Shown: positions 59,365-64,000 of the stretch, in pieces
How the letters are laid out: every line of letters starts with the position of its first letter
Position numbering within the stretch: position 1 is the stretch's first letter
Source: the human T2T-CHM13v2.0 reference genome, Homo sapiens
Direction: 5' to 3' (one strand)
NCBI RefSeq assembly: GCF_009914755.1
Contig: NC_060928.1
DNA: 64,000 bases
Notes under the pieces: model-generated
The model's database searches: none
Seen by the model: the letters and a program-made list of their open reading frames with translations, nothing else
What the model was told of the DNA's origin: nothing
Translations under genes and position numbers: made by a program

Positions 59365-61376
59365 GCTTATTGTTTCTGCAGCCAACTACATTCCTAACTG
59401 ATGCATCCATAATGGTTTGTAAAGTCTTCTTACTGAACGTGCTTCTTATAGTAAAGCCACAATTTGTTAATGCAAATAATATTTATACAAAGTTGGATTC
59501 TCCTGGTTTCTCTTTTAAATAAACATTTAGGTATCAGGCACAGGGCAAGGCAGCCTCTTTCTTATTCTACCTCACATAATCCTTGATATTTTCCTGAAAG
59601 GTAAATATTATAACCACATTTCACAGATGAGGAAACCAGTACTGAGTCATCCAGGGGTATATTAACGATCTGTGGCCAGTTAGGGGCCAAGAGAGGATTT
59701 GAACTTGCTTTCGTCTGATTCAGAAATCTGTGCTCATTCTCCAGGGGAAAGAAAAAAACATGTTTTGAACATGGTAGGGGCTAAATAAATGTTTGTTGAA
59801 TCATTTAAACAAAAGATAACTCTTCCAGAGCGTTGGGGGACCCAAAATTCTCAGCTCATGTGCAAGGCGGGGTCCTCCCCATATGTGCAAAAGACACTGG
59901 CACCGGGCTGCCTTTCCTGAACATCAAAGAGATCCCTGAAATGCTTATGGTTAGAAGATTGAGTTTCATAAAAGTATTAAATTTATGTTTTTTGAACAGC
60001 ATCACCGGGGGAGGCACCGTGGTTACAACTCTCTCATCTTGAAAGAGACAGAGAGTAATTTCCTCCTTTGCTGGTTGTCAGCCTGGCTCCCAATCATTCC
60101 CCCCAGAGTTGGCAGAATTTCAATGACTCTAAAATTAATCTGTTGGTCAGAGACTCTGTCCAGTGCTTGAAATTCTGGGAGCTTTGCTGTGGTCTCAAAG
60201 TCAGTGACTGGGATGAGTTGAGAGGTCAAAGGTGAAGTAGCAATTCTCTGTCCAGTTGGGAAATCTTGGACAATCCTGCAGACATGTTTCTCCCCTGGTT
60301 TTATGATGAGAAACCCACCAAATTATTCTGAACAAGAGTGTTGAGTAACTAACATAGAATTGCTAGGCACACATATAGGATTTTAAAATGAATGTATTCA
60401 ACATTTATTTGAATTCCTAAGGAAGACAGACATATAAACAGATAAACAACATGATGTGTGTAGTTAAAAGGAGACGTACAGGCTACTAGGATCACACAGA
60501 ACCTGAAGCTAAGCCCAGGGAGGTGGGAAAGGAGAGATCAGGAAAAGCTTTCTACAGAAGATGCCTGAGGTTGGGCTTATAGAAAAAAACATGGAACTGG
60601 ATGGTGAGAAAGTAGAAAAGGTCATTATAGAAAAAGAGGAAATGCATCTAGTAAGCAATAAACTGGTTAAACTACATGTAGTTCAGTGTCACAACCCATA
60701 AAGTGTAAGATACAGAAGGCAGAAAGATGGCTAGAGGGGTAAGCCAGGAGAGAACCTGGACATCATACTAGGATAACTGGACTGTATCCCACATGCAATG
60801 GGAAGCCACTGGAAATTTTCATTAGGGAGTGGCATAGCCATGTTGGTGTTTAGGAATCATCCTAGAGGCCTCAAGATCCATTAAGAGGTCATTGCAAAAC
60901 AATAAGTACTGGATGCAGACAAAGGACATAGCTGTGGTGGGAGGGGAGAGGGCTAGCATAGAGATTCAGGAATATTTGTTGACTGAATCATGAAGATATA
61001 GGGACTGAGGTTAGAGCTAGCCCAGAATAATCCCTGTGTTTCTGGATTGGGCAACTAGCTAGGTGGTGGTGCCATTAATTAAGCACAGGCGGAGGAGCTG
61101 ATCTGTGTGGGAGAAGAGTTATAGAATGAGTTCAATGTAAGTCGAGTGTATGTCATTCAATTGGAGATATCCAACCGCAAATGGATGTATGAGTTTTCAT
61201 GGAGGATTCTGCTTGATTTGTCTTTGAATGCAATCTAGAAAAAATATTGGCACACAAAAGGCTCTTGACAAATATTTGTAAAATGGAAGGATGGAAGCCT
61301 GATTATAGGAGAAGGATAAGGTAGGAGAAAGGTTAGAATTAGAAATAGAGGTTTTTAGAGTTAGCAACTCACTGAG

Positions 61377-61826
61377 TGTGCTGGTTAATTGTATGTGTCA
61401 ACTTGAGAGGGATAAAAGACACCTAGATAGCTGGTAGACATTATGGGGGTGTGTCTGCAAGGATGCTTCCAGAGAGAGCGGCATTTAAGTAAGTAAACTG
61501 AGTAAAGAACATCTGCCCTTGCCCATGTGGGTGGGCATCACACAATCCACTGAGGGCCCAGATAGAACACAGAGGCAGAGGAGAGTGAATTTACTCTCTC
61601 TCCTTGAGCTGGGTCATCCATCTTCTCCTGCCCTTGGAGCTACTGGTTCTCAGGCCTTTGGATTCCAGGACTTATATCAGCCACCTCCCAGTTTCTCAAG
61701 ACTTAGACCAAATGACACCACTGACTTTGCTGATTCTCCTCCTTGAAGACAGTAGTACCTTGGGGTGTCTCAGCCTCCATTATCACATGAGCGGATTCCC
61801 ATAATTAATCTCCTAGATTATCTGTC

Positions 61827-61875
<49 letters not shown>

Positions 61876-61912
61876 ATTGGCTCTGTTTCTCTGGAGACTC
61901 CTGACTAAGACA
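61377..61912 (+). mobile_element. MLT2 (ERVL) LTR with (TCTA)n at ~61827-61874
   Basis: tgtgctggttaattgtatgtgtcaacttga ... gtttctctggagactcctgactaagaca. Confidence 0.87.
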
Positions 61913-63231
61913 CCAAGAGTGGTTGAAACTGAGAATGAATAAAACTCCAGAGAAAGAGAGAACATCTCTTGGGTGAGAAGTAAACCAAGAATGGGATCCT
62001 TGGGAGAACCAATATGTAAGGAAAGGCAGACATGTGCAAGGAGATAGAGACTGAAGACACAGAGCCATTGGAGAGGAGCAGAAGCCAAGGATGCAGGGAT
62101 ATCATAAGATGAAGAAGCCAAGTCTTATGATATAGCCTGAGAAAGGTCAGCATGAGCCCTCTGGGGGCCTTTGCAAGGGCAGTTCCCATGGGCTGGAGGG
62201 GACAGGAGCCAGGATGCCCTGAGATGCAACCCGGGCTCGAGTGGAGGGTTTCTAGGGTCAAGAGGGAGAATCAAGGCCAAGGGAGCCTTTTATTTTAAGA
62301 CAGGAAAGCCTCACACATGACTGGAGGTGTTTAAGAGTTGAAAATATAGGAGAGATAGGGGATTGAATACTCTATAAGACCTCATACAGGCAGGAGACTG
62401 GCAACACATGTGGAGGTAATGGCCTGAGACAGAATGGGTGATGCAGCTTTGCCTGAGACTGAGCAAATACAGGGTGGGCAGGAAGACTCATCTGTGAGTG
62501 TAGAGGATGGAAGTTGCATCATTTACCATACCTAAAAAGTTGAGGAAACCTTCTGTCTCCAAAAATAGGATAAAGGTTGTATAATTATGACATATTTACT
62601 CAAAGAAACATTTTAACTCATTAAAAATAATAATTATGAAACTATTTGGCCATATTTAAAAGGCATTACAAACTGATATGAAGTGAAAAGGATGGAAGAT
62701 TATAAATACAAGTTCTAGAATAAAAATATTAATACCAACTGTGAGGTATAACCATTAAGGTATAGAGGTTTTGTGGGTGCTTCTAGTGCATTTTTGTTTT
62801 CTACAATTTTCTTAACTTCATTCTGAAAATTCTAAAAAACAGTTATAATTGGACTGACTCGACAGTCAAATTTTCCATCTGCAATAGTTCTCATTCTTTT
62901 ACATGAATTTATCCAAGAATCAGAGCTTCAGGCAGCACTTCCCTCTAAAGATTTCCCTAGAAATCTTTCTCCCATTCTTCAAGTTAACGCATGATGAAAT
63001 CTTCTCTTCCGCCTCGTAAGTTTCTCCTCACCTTTTCCTTCACAGTCCTTCCCCTGGAGAATGTGAAGGTTGCCCTGGCATGAATACAAGTTTTTAGTCA
63101 GTGTGTCCAGAGACCCGTGGCCAAACCACTGGAAACCTGTTCTCACCATAGGGCAGGTGGCCGAGGTGCCAGTCAGCCCTGAAGTTAACCTATGTTCCAT
63201 TTGACACTTTGTTTAATAAATGGCTTTTATT

Positions 63232-63514
63232 TTATTTTGAGACGAAGTCTTGCTCTGTCACCCAGGTGACACTCCAGGCTGGAGTGCTCATCACAACCTC
63301 CACCTCCTGGGTTCAAGTGATTCTCCTGCCTCAGACTCCCAAGTAGCTGGGCTTACAGATTCATATCACCATGGCTGGCTAATTTTTAAATTTTTAGTAG
63401 AGACAGGGTTTCACCATGTTGGCAGGCTGGTCTTGAACTCCTGGCCTCAGGTGATCTGCCTGCACCCGCCTCCCAAAGTGCTGGGATTACAGGCGTGAGC
63501 CACTGAACCCAGCC
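63232..63514 (-). mobile_element. AluS with a small internal rearrangement
   Basis: Perfect 15-bp TSD taaatggcttttatt 63217-63231 / 63515-63529. Confidence 0.95.
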
Positions 63515-64000
63515 TAAATGGCTTTTATTATTATAAAAGTGCCTAGCACATGGAAGAAGAAAAAAAAAAAAAAAAAAGGGTAATACTATGTCTTTTTACA
63601 AAACCAATACAATTACAATCAGGAACATAGATTTAGTCTCCAGAGTTAGCAGGCATAACAAGGTTGTTCTCAAGTCATCTTTTATTTTAGAGTCAGAACA
63701 CTGACTAACACTGACTAAACTAAACTGACTATGCCAGCTTGCGGATGTGTTATAGACCATATCAGCCAGCAGTGAGAATAAAACCCTATAGTGTCAGACT
63801 ATAAAGGCTATGACAAATTGGAGAGAGGAAGCATATGATAGAGACTTATGCAGGGAAATCTCCCTAGAGCAGGTCAAATATTGAGCTTGGCTGCAAAGAA
63901 GAGCATTGTGACACTTGTTATCAATGGCACTAATTATCTTTTGAATATCTTTCCCACTTTCTGGTAATTTCCTACATTATGAGTCCCACCTCTTCAAGTT

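Overview
Primate (human-like) intergenic DNA, AT-rich and dominated by interspersed repeats (L1, Alu, L2/MIR, MaLR/ERV LTRs, hAT DNA transposons, microsatellites). I see no intact protein-coding gene, RNA gene or CRISPR array. The one gene-derived feature is a full-length, intronless, multiply disabled HSP90AB1 retrocopy at about 48066-50615 (+). Its translation matches my recollection of HSP90AB2P, and it keeps the 5'UTR, polyA signal and target-site duplication (TSD). Other structure: two 5'-inverted (twin-primed) L1PA insertions with readable TSDs; a near full-length old L1; a multi-level LTR nest near 57.6-59.4 kb; an Oct/NF-Y-rich MER51-type LTR upstream of the retrocopy; a CpG-rich unique segment with a CTCF-like motif; and several small templated or fold-back insertions that look like DNA-repair scars. 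I found no convincing new biological system. Repeat subfamily names come from recalled consensus sequences and need a RepeatMasker/Dfam check.
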